From Faecalimonas sp. (GTDB lineage Bacteria; Bacillota; Clostridia; Lachnospirales; Lachnospiraceae): a stretch of 56,303 nucleotides of DNA. The notes under the pieces are model-generated. The model did no database searches. It saw nothing but the letters and a program-made list of their open reading frames with translations, and was not told the DNA's origin. The position numbers and the translations under genes were made by a program. The stretch spans positions 1 through 56,303 of the forward strand of contig JAZOMR010000023.1 in the NCBI GenBank assembly GCA_045654105.1, written 5' to 3'. The first letter of the stretch is position 1. Each line of letters starts with the position of its first letter. Of this stretch, positions 1-9,533 are shown one piece after another.

Positions 1-3
1 TAG

Positions 4-12
4 TTATCCACA
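4..12 (+). promoter_or_regulatory. Perfect DnaA box (TTATCCACA) upstream of the rep-like gene
   Basis: Exact 9-mer consensus about 210 bp upstream of the Rep-like ORF. It is a single copy at the window edge. Confidence 0.55.
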
Positions 13-219
13 ATTTTAAAATTTATTAATTTACAGTATCCTGTTCAGAAGTTTTTCTTGGCGGTCAAACTGCTGAACCAAAACCGGCATCGCCGATTTG
101 CAATATCATTATACAATAGACTTATCTATTTTTCAAGTGATTTTGCCAAATTGGTTTTATTTAGTTTACCCTTTTAGGATTTTTACTCTGTCAGGAACTG
201 ATTTTAAGACCGAATCGAG

Positions 220-1473
220 GTGATACACTTGAATCTTTCGAAATATGGTCGCATTGGTAAAGCACCTTTTATCAAGGCCATCGGTATCCAAGAAAATTAC
301 AAAAAAATAGTATATACGGAATCTCAGGAGCTGGATCGAAATGAATCCGGCTGTTTTTCGTGTGAAAATTACAAACAGATTGAATTTTTAGAATACCTTC
401 CAAAAGAATGTCAAGAAAAAGCCTGCCAGAACTGCAAGAACTGCCCTCATGCAGTCTATAAAACAGTTACTAAAGAATCTTATCAATATGTTAATGAAAA
501 AAACATGTACGGTTACAAACCTCGTTTAAAACCTATCGCTATGAAGTTACTGCTTATTTATCATTTTGCAGAACCAGATGACAAAGGATTAGTAAGATGC
601 CTGTCGCCAAAGGAACTCGCATCCATGCTCCATTGCAGCGTAAGGTCTATTAAGAATGCAAACAACACCTTACAAGAATATGGATACATTCTTTATTCTC
701 AGGATCCTATGAGTAAAAAACGTTTTCAGGTATTCCTAACTGAATATGAAACATATCATCTACCTGCAGATCAAGGCGGTCGTGGTTATGCAACCTTTAA
801 TATCGACAGTTTAATGGAATTCATTAACATGAAAGACATTAACCAGCTTCGCATCTTGTTACGTGCAGCATTAGACCTTGATACGAATAAGGACGAAGAC
901 AAGCCTATTATTCTTTCTAATGACTACGATTCGTTAAGACGTTTTCTTCCGTCTTACTGTAAACCGGGAATTATAAGAAAAGCACTCTCGTCCGCTACTT
1001 CTATGTTCCAAGTTAAGTTTAAAGATGAATTTGTTCATCTTCAGATGAATGCAGATTATCATGGCAGACGTGCTTATGAAAAAGGTTGTCTTGCTTATGC
1101 TACCGAAATGGAAGAATACTTCAATGGAATCAATAAGAAGATATCAAAAATTAACGAACGTCTTATTAAAAAAGAACCGGTTAATAAGAAAGACCTGGAA
1201 TACATACAAAAAGAAGGCTTCGACCATCAATTAGATATGCTTTCTACTCCTTTGTATAATAGTTTTTATTTACATTTAGACTCTGAGAATTATAAAGACT
1301 TAGGAATACTATGCGAGAGCTTTTCCGTTGAAAGAGTAAAAGAAGCACTCAGATACATAAATAAACACATTCCTAATCCTTATGAGTGGAAGAACTTCGG
1401 AGCTCTGGTAAGAACCATACTTAGAAACAAATTAAATCTTGAAGAAATCGCTTCTCTTTTCAATCCTGCATAA
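220..1473 (+). CDS. Putative plasmid/chromid replication initiator (Cys-rich N-terminus, winged HTH, DnaD-like C-terminus)
   Basis: 417 aa. Cys cluster CFSC..C..CQNCKNC; HTH-like SPKELASMLHCSVRSIKNANNTLQEYGYI. Lies between a DnaA box and an AT-rich repeat region, near parAB. Start may be TTG at 229. Confidence 0.6.
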   Translation: MIHLNLSKYGRIGKAPFIKAIGIQENYKKIVYTESQELDRNESGCFSCENYKQIEFLEYLPKECQEKACQNCKNCPHAVYKTVTKESYQYVNEKNMYGYKPRLKPIAMKLLLIYHFAEPDDKGLVRCLSPKELASMLHCSVRSIKNANNTLQEYGYILYSQDPMSKKRFQVFLTEYETYHLPADQGGRGYATFNIDSLMEFINMKDINQLRILLRAALDLDTNKDEDKPIILSNDYDSLRRFLPSYCKPGIIRKALSSATSMFQVKFKDEFVHLQMNADYHGRRAYEKGCLAYATEMEEYFNGINKKISKINERLIKKEPVNKKDLEYIQKEGFDHQLDMLSTPLYNSFYLHLDSENYKDLGILCESFSVERVKEALRYINKHIPNPYEWKNFGALVRTILRNKLNLEEIASLFNPA

Positions 1474-1610
1474 CATCAGGTCTTTTTGTTGTGCCCTTTT
1501 TTACATTTTTATCTACTTTTTCTGTTATTTTTTACTTTTCCTTCGCCTTTTTTCATTATATGCTCCTGCTATTTGCTCTATGCATACTGATTCTTTTTAC
1601 TTCAATGCGG

Positions 1611-1680
1611 AAAATTTTATTCCACATTAGAAAAAAATATACTTTTTTAAAAAATTTTATTTCACATTTGAAAAAATTAT
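1611..1680 (+). repeat. 30-bp direct repeat, 40-bp period (iteron-like)
   Basis: aaaattttattccacattagaaaaaaatat (1611-1640) versus aaaattttatttcacatttgaaaaaattat (1651-1680): 27/30 identical. Confidence 0.65.
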
Positions 1681-1798
1681 TCAACTCCTGCATTTTTTAT
1701 TCTTTTCAAAAAATTTTTGTTTTTTCTTGGAAAGTTTCATTTTGTCAAAAAAGCTCTTTTTCGTTGTAAAATGGGGGTTTTTTAAGATGTGGTTTATC

Positions 1799-1841
1799 AA
1801 TTATGATTTAATTCTGTTTTAATTCTGTTTTAATTATGTAT
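1799..1841 (+). repeat. 11-bp tandem repeat, about 4 units
   Basis: aattatgattt / aattctgtttt / aattctgtttt / aattatgtat. Confidence 0.65.
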
Positions 1842-1972
1842 AACTATATGTATGTGCTTACGCTTCCTTTTCTTACATACATACACATAAAATAAATAAA
1901 ACAAAATCAATAAAGACTTTATATCAGACATTATAACTCTTCTTTTAAGATTATACAAATTAATTTTTATAT

Positions 1973-2013
1973 AAAGGCATCCATAACAGCACATAAGCCG
2001 TTATGGAACCTTT
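1973..2013. terminator. Hairpin, probable terminator of the leftward dnaX operon
   Basis: Stem ccataac...gttatgg extended by aaagg/ccttt. Confidence 0.5.
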
Positions 2014-2204
2014 TCTAATTGCAATATTTTATACTACAAAAATCCAGCATTAATACTTCAAAGTATTTTTTTACAATCAAGTATGCAGGATATATATTGG
2101 TTTCAAATTTATATTTGTCCTCTCCAATATTTTTGCAGCATAATAAAGCAGTTTTTAATAATAAGTGTTCTTTTTTTGATGTTTCAAATAACATTTCCTC
2201 TTTG

Positions 2205-3629
2205 CTAAAGATAGCCACTGAAGAGCTGCAGTAGTTCCTCATCCATTTCTTCGTCTTCATCAGCGGAATCACTTTGCTCTGCAGATGTTTCTTTTGAAGA
2301 TGTTAATTCATCAGCTACTTCTACTTCTTTCTCATTTGTATCATCTTCCTTAAAAGGAAGCTCCTCTGTTTTACCAATTTCTTCCCACTGTTCCTCTGCC
2401 GGTAGGAAATCGTCGTCCATTACGACAGAAACTTCAGATATAGTTTCTGTCAATTCATTTTTATTGTCACTAACAACAAACGTACCTTGTTCTATACTCT
2501 TCATTTTTCCTTCCAATTCATTAATTCTTCGAAGAATATCTCTCATACTTTCGTTTAGTAATTTGGGATTTGCACATCGGATAAGATAAATTTGCGTTTC
2601 CATATATGGATTCAAACTATTTCTTATTTTTTCGCGCAGCGTACTTATCTGATCCACATACCAGAAAATCATGTCTATTGGTTTTTCGTTTACGATGGAA
2701 AAAAGCTCTTCTTTATATTGTTCGGAATTATATATATCGGCTTTTCCCTGTGTAGCAATCAGAAGAACTGCATCTGTAAGAGCTTCCAAAAGATTATCTG
2801 CCAAATGTGACAAATTCTTTCCTTCTTCATAAGCATTATGAATTAAATTTATAGTATCTTTTCCATTTTCCTCACAAATAGCCTTAATGATTTTAAGAGA
2901 AAGTTCATCGTCAAGAAGACAGAGAGATTTTTTCACATGCTCCGTTGTAAGTTTATCGCAAGAAATAATGATTTTTTCTGCAATACTAAGAGCATCTCTC
3001 ATAGATCCGTCCGCCTGCTTTGCTATCATGTTAAGTGCCGTATCCTCATAGGGCTTTTTAATATCCGTGAGAACATGTACCAGCCTGTCATGCATTGTTT
3101 CTATGGAAATAGCATTAAACTGGTATATAGAACATCGCGATCTTATTGTAGCAGGAATTTTATGTAACTCCGTTGTACACAAAATGAATACGCAATGTTC
3201 CGGTGGCTCTTCGATTGTTTTAAGAAGAGCGTCAAAGGCGCTGGTAGATAGATTATGAACCTCATCTATGATGTAAATTTTCTTTTTTAAGGTAGTTGGA
3301 AGATATTTTGTAGAAGAGACCAGGTCTTTTATGTCATTGATGGAATTGTGAGATGCGGCATCAAGTTCTACAAAGTCCAAAGTCGCATTTTTTAGCATCG
3401 ATAAACATGAATCACATTCATTACAAGGACCTTCAGGCGTAACATTTGAACAATTGATTGCTCTTGCCAGTATTCTTGCAATGGTTGTCTTCCCGGTTCC
3501 TCTATGTCCTGCAAAAAGATATGCAGAATCAAATTTATTTTGTTTCACCTGCTCTTTTAAAGTAATAAGATTATTGTCCTGTCCTACTACTTCTTGAAAA
3601 TTGAGAGGTCTATAGGTTGAATATAGCAT
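2205..3629 (-). CDS. dnaX: DNA polymerase III subunit gamma/tau (clamp loader ATPase)
   Basis: LYSTYRP..F.EVVGQ N-terminus, Walker A GHRGTGKTT, zinc module C..PCNECDSC, ELDAAS, Walker B DEVH, SRC arginine finger. Acidic C-terminal tail. Confidence 0.93.
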   Translation of the reverse strand: MLYSTYRPLNFQEVVGQDNNLITLKEQVKQNKFDSAYLFAGHRGTGKTTIARILARAINCSNVTPEGPCNECDSCLSMLKNATLDFVELDAASHNSINDIKDLVSSTKYLPTTLKKKIYIIDEVHNLSTSAFDALLKTIEEPPEHCVFILCTTELHKIPATIRSRCSIYQFNAISIETMHDRLVHVLTDIKKPYEDTALNMIAKQADGSMRDALSIAEKIIISCDKLTTEHVKKSLCLLDDELSLKIIKAICEENGKDTINLIHNAYEEGKNLSHLADNLLEALTDAVLLIATQGKADIYNSEQYKEELFSIVNEKPIDMIFWYVDQISTLREKIRNSLNPYMETQIYLIRCANPKLLNESMRDILRRINELEGKMKSIEQGTFVVSDNKNELTETISEVSVVMDDDFLPAEEQWEEIGKTEELPFKEDDTNEKEVEVADELTSSKETSAEQSDSADEDEEMDEELLQLFSGYL

Positions 3630-3644
3630 GGTTTCCTCCTTTTA

Positions 3645-4547
3645 TTAAATTTGAATAATATATCTTATCAAATTAAAATAATCATTTTTGGTATAAGTGG
3701 TTTCTGCCAGTTTTAAGTGTTCAATTCCATAAAGCAGAATTTGATAAGCCTGTTCATAGCTATAAAGATTTGAAGGAAAGTTAGATTGGCTAACCTCTCC
3801 AAATTCATAATTGATTATCATTTGATAAAAATAATACATTAAGAGTCTTATATTCCATTCCGGATGTTCTTCATGAGAAGAATAAAACTCAGCATTATCT
3901 TTTTCTTTCAGACAATGAAACAGTTGTAAAAGATTTTCTCTCATGGTAAGAGCCTTCATTTTGTCAGACATAGAGAAATAATCTTCTAAAATTTCTTTAT
4001 TTTCAATCATCAGAGGTGCGTTTTGTGTTAAAAAACACAGAAAATCATGATACTTTACCTCTATTCCTTTATTTTCGAGATAATCTTTCATTTTCGCATC
4101 AGACAAAGGATGAAAATTAATCGTATAACATCTACTTGATATCGTATCAATCAATACATCTTTCTGAGTATGAATAATAAGAATATTAGTTTCATGCCTG
4201 TCTTCTAATAACTTCAACAAGCGATTTTGTGTCTGTCTCGTCATAGTGTGGGCATTATAAATAACAATCACTTTTCGTGTTCCCACGCTTGAGCGATTAG
4301 CCATATCAAGAAGACTGTTAATGTCGTCAACTTTCAGGGATTTTGATGGGTCCGTATGAAAATAATCCGGATTATTGTTCAAATCACCTTCAGAACAGCC
4401 CAGAAGCGCCGCAGAAACGAATTTAGCAACTTCAGCCTTGCCCAGACCGCCTATGCCCTTCAAAATCAATCCTGGAGGCTTTTTGAGCGTCATATAATCA
4501 TTTATTTCGCTCATCGTGTCACTATTTACTATTAGATTCAAGTTCAT
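3645..4547 (-). CDS. holB: DNA polymerase III delta-prime-like clamp loader subunit
   Basis: GIGGLGK, NPDY, KVIVIYNAHTMT..TQNRLLKLLED, DTISSRC. Degenerate Walker B as in delta-prime. Adjacent to dnaX. Confidence 0.75.
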   Translation of the reverse strand: MNLNLIVNSDTMSEINDYMTLKKPPGLILKGIGGLGKAEVAKFVSAALLGCSEGDLNNNPDYFHTDPSKSLKVDDINSLLDMANRSSVGTRKVIVIYNAHTMTRQTQNRLLKLLEDRHETNILIIHTQKDVLIDTISSRCYTINFHPLSDAKMKDYLENKGIEVKYHDFLCFLTQNAPLMIENKEILEDYFSMSDKMKALTMRENLLQLFHCLKEKDNAEFYSSHEEHPEWNIRLLMYYFYQMIINYEFGEVSQSNFPSNLYSYEQAYQILLYGIEHLKLAETTYTKNDYFNLIRYIIQI

Positions 4548-5532
4548 TACCTGCTCCTCCTTTTATTTCTTGTTTTGTCACATAAAGATAATGATTTTTG
4601 TTTTGTATATACACAGGTCCTGTTTTGTCCTGAATTTTGGTTAAAAGGCACTCCTGGTCGGAGAGTCTTTTATATGCGTGATAAGCCATATTTAGTAAAA
4701 GAGCTTCCCTCGTCATAATTCCTGCAGTATCTCTTTCATAAACCGTCTGAATCATATGATATATTAGATTTTTCTTTTCAATGGATACAAACGTCTGCAT
4801 TTTAGAAACATACTTTTCTATTATCTGAATGCTTAACACTTCCTTCGGTATCAGCGAATACTCCCCCACTCTCTCGGCTTGTGGATATGGAGTAAAAAGG
4901 TGCGAAACACCGATTCCAAATAAAAGAGCACCACATATCAATAGCTCCTCATCCAGCTCGATTTTCAAATCCGGCTGATAAGAGTAAAGTTTATGAGAAC
5001 GCATGAGCTGCAGAGCCATGCTTGTTACAGAAACAGTCTGAACTAATAATCCTCCGTTATAACTTCCGGATAGGTTTAAGGAAGCAGGAGCCTCTTTAAA
5101 CCTATTCATTTCACCATTAAAAACATCAGTTAATAATTCGTTAAGACCTTGATTTTTAACAAGGGACATTTGTTTTCTAAGAGTAATCAGATACTTTTCG
5201 GTTTCTTCCTCGGTTATACCCTTAATAAAGCAACGCATCTCTGCATCGGCCACCAGTTCCATCCTAAAACATATAAATTCAGGTGAAGAGGAATTTAATG
5301 TGACTTCTCCATAAGCCTTAACAACTTTACCCTTATATGAGAGATATTCATCCTCAATGTTATGTTCCCAAATACGTCCAAATAATGTTCCGCTTTTATC
5401 TTCTAACTTTAGTTGGAGATATGGAATTACGGAATCTTTGGTGTATTCAAGCCTAATATCCTTTAACAAAAATTCCTCCGCTATCTCTTTCGCAAAGTGT
5501 TCAGTGATCTGCGACACGTAGATTTTCTTCAT
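4522..5532 (-). CDS. YhaM/Cbf1-like OB-fold + degenerate HD-domain protein
   Basis: PYLQLKLEDKSGTLFGRIW (OB fold), F.EAPAS. YNGGLLVQT and GALLFGIG replace the usual GGLLEH and LLHDIGK motifs. Confidence 0.75.
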   Translation of the reverse strand: MKKIYVSQITEHFAKEIAEEFLLKDIRLEYTKDSVIPYLQLKLEDKSGTLFGRIWEHNIEDEYLSYKGKVVKAYGEVTLNSSSPEFICFRMELVADAEMRCFIKGITEEETEKYLITLRKQMSLVKNQGLNELLTDVFNGEMNRFKEAPASLNLSGSYNGGLLVQTVSVTSMALQLMRSHKLYSYQPDLKIELDEELLICGALLFGIGVSHLFTPYPQAERVGEYSLIPKEVLSIQIIEKYVSKMQTFVSIEKKNLIYHMIQTVYERDTAGIMTREALLLNMAYHAYKRLSDQECLLTKIQDKTGPVYIQNKNHYLYVTKQEIKGGAGNELESNSK

Positions 5533-7228
5533 CTGCTACTCTCCTACTCTCTTTATTTTTTGAATTTAACGATTTTAGAAGATTACCGTAATACTCTTCA
5601 ATTAACCTATCCAGTTCATCATCTTCCGGATAACAGAAATACTTTGTTTCTTCCGGTTTCAAAAGAGAACTTACGACATGAAGATTCCGAAACAAATACA
5701 TCTCGCCACAACGTGCAAAAATCTCGCACTTCCTGAGATAATAACCAAGATCGTATTTTCCTTTCAAAATAATCTCACTACTACCCTCTTTCTTACTGTC
5801 TTTAACAGCTTTCGTAAGAAGATATTGGTATCTCATTGCTATGCGGCTAAAATCATAGCTTAACGAGAGATTTCCAAGTGCATCGTCAATCAAATGAAAA
5901 TACTCGTGCGTAAAAGATTGTGGGTATCGAAAATCCACTACCATAGTTGAGATGGATGGGTAATAAAGTCCGGTTGCGCGATGTTTCCCTAATTTTCTAA
6001 ATCTCAAAGAAACATTCTTGCATTTAAAATCATTAAATACATGATGATTTAGACTTTTAAATTCATTCACAATCTTATCAACCAGACTTAAATCCACTTC
6101 TTCATCAAATTCTATAAAACCAAAATATTCATTCAGTTCCGAATCCTTCATTTCTTTCAAAATGTGATTTGGTATATTGCGTTTTGTGGTGTAGGCTCGT
6201 GCCACCATTCCTCTTAATTCTTTACGGTGCTTCTCTTCTGCTATCGTGTCCTGAATATTGGAAACAATGTGATGTAATGCATAAAGAGAATATGTACCTG
6301 TTGGATATGTCAAATGTATTCCATAAGATGAATACTCAGAATCGCAGATATCTTCTAAAGTGTATTTAGTAAGTGAATATGCGAAAGATACAATTCTCAT
6401 TTCGGCAGGAAAAGAAGTAAGCATTTCAGAGAAAGATGTAATAGAACCTATGCTAAGCCCTTCCCTTATCATAAAACCATCTTTTAACTCATAATCATTA
6501 TCAATTAAAAAATCATAATACCAATCCGGTATATCACTCCTCTTCCATACGTGCTTTTGCAGATTGTAAGTGAAATCACCAGCAAGTTGCTTTAGCATTA
6601 ATGCTATATTCTCGTCCTCTTTTGCTTCATCAGCAAGCAGGTTTAACCATTTCACCAAAAAGAACGGATAAAACAAAACTTCACCGTGAAACATAGGGAT
6701 TTTTTGACTCCTGTTTGCACGGTAATAATACTCGCTGTCTGTAAAACGCTTTTTTGGATTACAAGGCACATAATAAGCACGCTCTTTGATTATTGTTTTT
6801 ATGATACAATCGCACTTAGACACTGCCGTAGCCAAACCTTTTTCAAACGAGCTTTCCGCAACCTCTACCTTGAAGCCTTCAAAATCAGGCATAAAATTCA
6901 ATAAAAAAGGAATACCTTCGTTCAAAAGGCATTCCTCAGAATCTACACTCTTTAATTTTGATTTTATGGTTTTTTGAATTGCATGCTCTATTTGAAGCAA
7001 CGCTTTACCGATTTGCGTATCCAAAGGCGGATATTTCAAATCACATAACCGAACGGTTCGGTTTTTGTTTTTAAATACGGCACGTTCTTTCTTTTCTCGT
7101 GCAAGAGAAAGAATACGCTCACCGTTCTGCAGATACACAAGGTATCCGTTTTCTTCTTCTGGCGGTGCTATAAAGATATCTTCATCTAACAGACCAACCA
7201 ATTTCAATAGTTCTTGTAGTTCACTCAT
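5501..7228 (-). CDS. Polyvalent-protein-like: C-terminal zincin HExxH metallopeptidase / LPD1-like domain
   Basis: LRFRKLGKHRATGLYYP, SFTHEYFHLID, YYL..CEIFARCGE. AGGAGG RBS supports ATG at 7228. Confidence 0.6.
   Translation of the reverse strand: MSELQELLKLVGLLDEDIFIAPPEEENGYLVYLQNGERILSLAREKKERAVFKNKNRTVRLCDLKYPPLDTQIGKALLQIEHAIQKTIKSKLKSVDSEECLLNEGIPFLLNFMPDFEGFKVEVAESSFEKGLATAVSKCDCIIKTIIKERAYYVPCNPKKRFTDSEYYYRANRSQKIPMFHGEVLFYPFFLVKWLNLLADEAKEDENIALMLKQLAGDFTYNLQKHVWKRSDIPDWYYDFLIDNDYELKDGFMIREGLSIGSITSFSEMLTSFPAEMRIVSFAYSLTKYTLEDICDSEYSSYGIHLTYPTGTYSLYALHHIVSNIQDTIAEEKHRKELRGMVARAYTTKRNIPNHILKEMKDSELNEYFGFIEFDEEVDLSLVDKIVNEFKSLNHHVFNDFKCKNVSLRFRKLGKHRATGLYYPSISTMVVDFRYPQSFTHEYFHLIDDALGNLSLSYDFSRIAMRYQYLLTKAVKDSKKEGSSEIILKGKYDLGYYLRKCEIFARCGEMYLFRNLHVVSSLLKPEETKYFCYPEDDELDRLIEEYYGNLLKSLNSKNKESRRVADEENLRVADH
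7047..7063. repeat. parS-like palindrome, copy 1 (inside a CDS)
   Basis: aaccgaacggttcggtt. Confidence 0.75.
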
Positions 7229-7249
7229 ATGTGTTCCTCCTTTTAAAAT

Positions 7250-7272
7250 AAAAAAAGACATCCGAAGATGTC
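7250..7272 (-). terminator. Intrinsic terminator in the 5' leader of the leftward operon (attenuator-like)
   Basis: Minus strand GACATC-TTCG-GATGTC-TTTTTTT, between the promoter (7367-7395) and the RBS/ATG (7228). Confidence 0.65.
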
Positions 7273-7366
7273 ATTCCATAGTGATACAATATGACCTATT
7301 TATCTAGGAATTGATAACCGAGAGCTGCCAAAAGGCTTTTCTGCTAAATGAAATAGGTTTTTCTAA

Positions 7367-7395
7367 AGTATAGCAATCCTCATCGCAAATGTCAA
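7367..7395 (-). promoter_or_regulatory. Sigma-A promoter for the LPD1-yhaM-holB-dnaX operon
   Basis: Minus strand TTGACA-17 bp-TATACT with extended -10 TG. Confidence 0.8.
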
Positions 7396-7431
7396 ATGAT
7401 ATACATATTCGTTCCTTGTGTTTATAAAACC

Positions 7432-7454
7432 AAAAACCGAACGGTTCGGTTTTT
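7432..7454. repeat. parS-like palindrome, copy 2
   Basis: aaaaaccgaacggttcggttttt, upstream of parA. Confidence 0.8.
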
Positions 7455-7538
7455 GAAAAATATTAAAATTCCAATTATTTAAAGTTGATTTTTAAAATGG
7501 TGTGTGTAATAATGTAAAAAGGAGTATTAATAAAATCC

Positions 7539-7559
7539 AAAACCGAACCGTTCGGTTTT
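7539..7559. repeat. parS-like palindrome, copy 3
   Basis: aaaaccgaaccgttcggtttt, just upstream of the parA RBS. Confidence 0.8.
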
Positions 7560-7578
7560 ACACAAAAGGAGGAAGCAT

Positions 7579-8451
7579 ATGGCAATCACAATGTGCGTTT
7601 ACAACTTAAAAGGTGGTATCGGAAAGTCTACCGGTACATTTAATATCGCGGGGCAACTTGCGTTAAATGGAAAAAAAGTATTAACTATTGATGGTGATAT
7701 CCAGCAAAATCTGACACAGTTGTTCTTCGAAAACATTCCGGACGAACTACTAACGGTACAAAACGATATCTTTGAAGATGGAGAATTGAGAAAAGGTGTT
7801 GATACGTTGTATCATGTATTAGAGGGAGAAACTAATGTTTACGATGCCATACGTTCCGTTGAATTTACTAGCAGGCGCAAACTAAAAAACAAGTTCAAGA
7901 AAAAAGAATGTAAAGTAGATGTACTTGTGGGAAGCAAGGACATGAAATACTTTGGGTGCGAAGATTTTAATATATTAAAAGAAAAACTAACAGTGTTACA
8001 GGATGAATACGATTATATCATCATAGATACGCCACCAAACTATAATGCGATTACTATGATGTATCTGCTTGCGAGCGATTATGTTCTCATACCAATGCAC
8101 TTAGCAAAAAGCTCTAGTCTTCATGCGTATAGTGATGTCATTAATGCAGTAAAAGAGGCAAGAGAGGATTACGGGAACAAAAACCTAACTATTCTGGGAA
8201 GTTTTTATATGGCTGTGCAGTTGTATAAAAACGATCAAAAAGAGTTTCATGAATATAGCATGAACAAAGAAATTAGTGAAAGCATGAGTTTATTTAAAAC
8301 ATCAATTCGATATGATTATTCTTCTACAAGAGACAGTGAAAATGCCGGCAAGCCTTTATGTATTTGTTGCGCTAGCACAGATATAGCAAAAGATTATGAA
8401 AAACTAGTAAAAGAGATAGAAAAGAGAATCAAAGAGGAGGAAAATAACTAA
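7579..8451 (+). CDS. parA: ParA/Soj family partition ATPase
   Basis: Deviant Walker A NLKGGIGKST, IDGDIQQN, YDYIIIDTPP. GGAGG RBS. Confidence 0.93.
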   Translation: MAITMCVYNLKGGIGKSTGTFNIAGQLALNGKKVLTIDGDIQQNLTQLFFENIPDELLTVQNDIFEDGELRKGVDTLYHVLEGETNVYDAIRSVEFTSRRKLKNKFKKKECKVDVLVGSKDMKYFGCEDFNILKEKLTVLQDEYDYIIIDTPPNYNAITMMYLLASDYVLIPMHLAKSSSLHAYSDVINAVKEAREDYGNKNLTILGSFYMAVQLYKNDQKEFHEYSMNKEISESMSLFKTSIRYDYSSTRDSENAGKPLCICCASTDIAKDYEKLVKEIEKRIKEEENN

Positions 8452-9476
8452 TGGCAAAAAAAGTGTTGCCGAGTCAGGCGATGAAGAAAATGAATACGTT
8501 ATCACAGGTTGCCAAGAAGTCGCAGGAATTTAAGAAAGAGATTATTGAGACTGAGAATGTGCAGGACTTACCGGAAGATGTAAGAGGAAAGATTATAATG
8601 CTGCCGGACGAAATGCTGCTCGACGACCCGTTCAATCTAGAAACATACGGCGAAAATGATGTAGAAGAATTCGCAGAAATTATGCGTAAATATGGCTTCA
8701 GAGGCGTGGTAATTGCGTACCCATACGAAGACAAATACATGATAGAGTCAGGGCACAGAAGAAGAGAAGCGGGACGCCGTGCAGGTATAAAAGAAATACC
8801 AACGTTTTTAGTTGAACCTCCAAAAAGTGAATGGGAAAGAAGACTTAACTTGATGATGGCTAATCTCAATAATAGAGATTACACGCCAATGATAATAGCG
8901 AGAGTTGCACAAGGAACCTATGAGGCCCAGGCTATGAAGATAGCTGATTTAAAAGAAAAAGGGGAATTACAGGAGGGGGAAAACACCAACCTAAATGAAT
9001 TAACGGCCGAGTTCATGAGGCTTGATTCAACAACTGTAGAATTGTATAGAAGACTTTTGAAACTAATTCCAGAATTACAAGAACTTGCAGACGATAAAAG
9101 ATATTCATGGTCGGCAATTGCATACGCAAGCAATATGTCTGAAACATATCAGAAAAAGTTGTTTCAAGTTATTGTAGAAAAGACTGATAAAGATGGGGTT
9201 GACGCCGTTACAAAAGCGTGGATAAAGCAAACAATACAAAATCTAAAACTCGAAGAGAAGACCGGCGAAATAGCAAAGGTGGTAGAAACAAAAGAAAAAC
9301 CAACTAGGGTTCGCAGGAAAGATGGTACAAAAATTATTATGAATTGTACAAAGAGTCTGAAAGAAGTTTTGGAAAACGATGCGATTATTAGGGATAATGA
9401 AGTGGAAACAGTAGTAAAAACATTGAAGGAACTTCAGAAGAGTATCGAAAAGAAAATCACTGAACTGACAAGATAA
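8451..9476 (+). CDS. parB: ParB/Spo0J family partition protein (CTPase)
   Basis: ParB box SGHRRREA, ANLNNRD, HTH-like region. Start overlaps the parA stop. Confidence 0.9.
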   Translation: MAKKVLPSQAMKKMNTLSQVAKKSQEFKKEIIETENVQDLPEDVRGKIIMLPDEMLLDDPFNLETYGENDVEEFAEIMRKYGFRGVVIAYPYEDKYMIESGHRRREAGRRAGIKEIPTFLVEPPKSEWERRLNLMMANLNNRDYTPMIIARVAQGTYEAQAMKIADLKEKGELQEGENTNLNELTAEFMRLDSTTVELYRRLLKLIPELQELADDKRYSWSAIAYASNMSETYQKKLFQVIVEKTDKDGVDAVTKAWIKQTIQNLKLEEKTGEIAKVVETKEKPTRVRRKDGTKIIMNCTKSLKEVLENDAIIRDNEVETVVKTLKELQKSIEKKITELTR

Positions 9477-9480
9477 AATG

Positions 9481-9503
9481 AAAAACCGAACCGTTCGGTT
9501 TTT
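9481..9503. repeat. parS-like palindrome, copy 4
   Basis: aaaaaccgaaccgttcggttttt, immediately after the parB stop. Confidence 0.8.
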
Positions 9504-9504
9504 G

Positions 9505-9533
9505 AAAGAGGATGGGAAACATCCTCTTTTTTT
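9505..9533. terminator. Intrinsic terminator between convergent parB and primase-like gene
   Basis: aaagaggatg-ggaaa-catcctcttt followed by a T run. Confidence 0.8.

Larger units (their letters stand above)
1480..1970. other. Very AT-rich non-coding region, candidate replication origin
   Basis: Long A/T tracts, no credible ORF, direct repeats at 1611-1680 and 1799-1841, directly downstream of the rep-like gene. Confidence 0.55.

Noticed and set aside
1439-2272. Short Phe/Ile/Lys-rich ORFs after the rep-like gene
   Set aside because: Artefacts of A/T tracts; no RBS and low-complexity translations.
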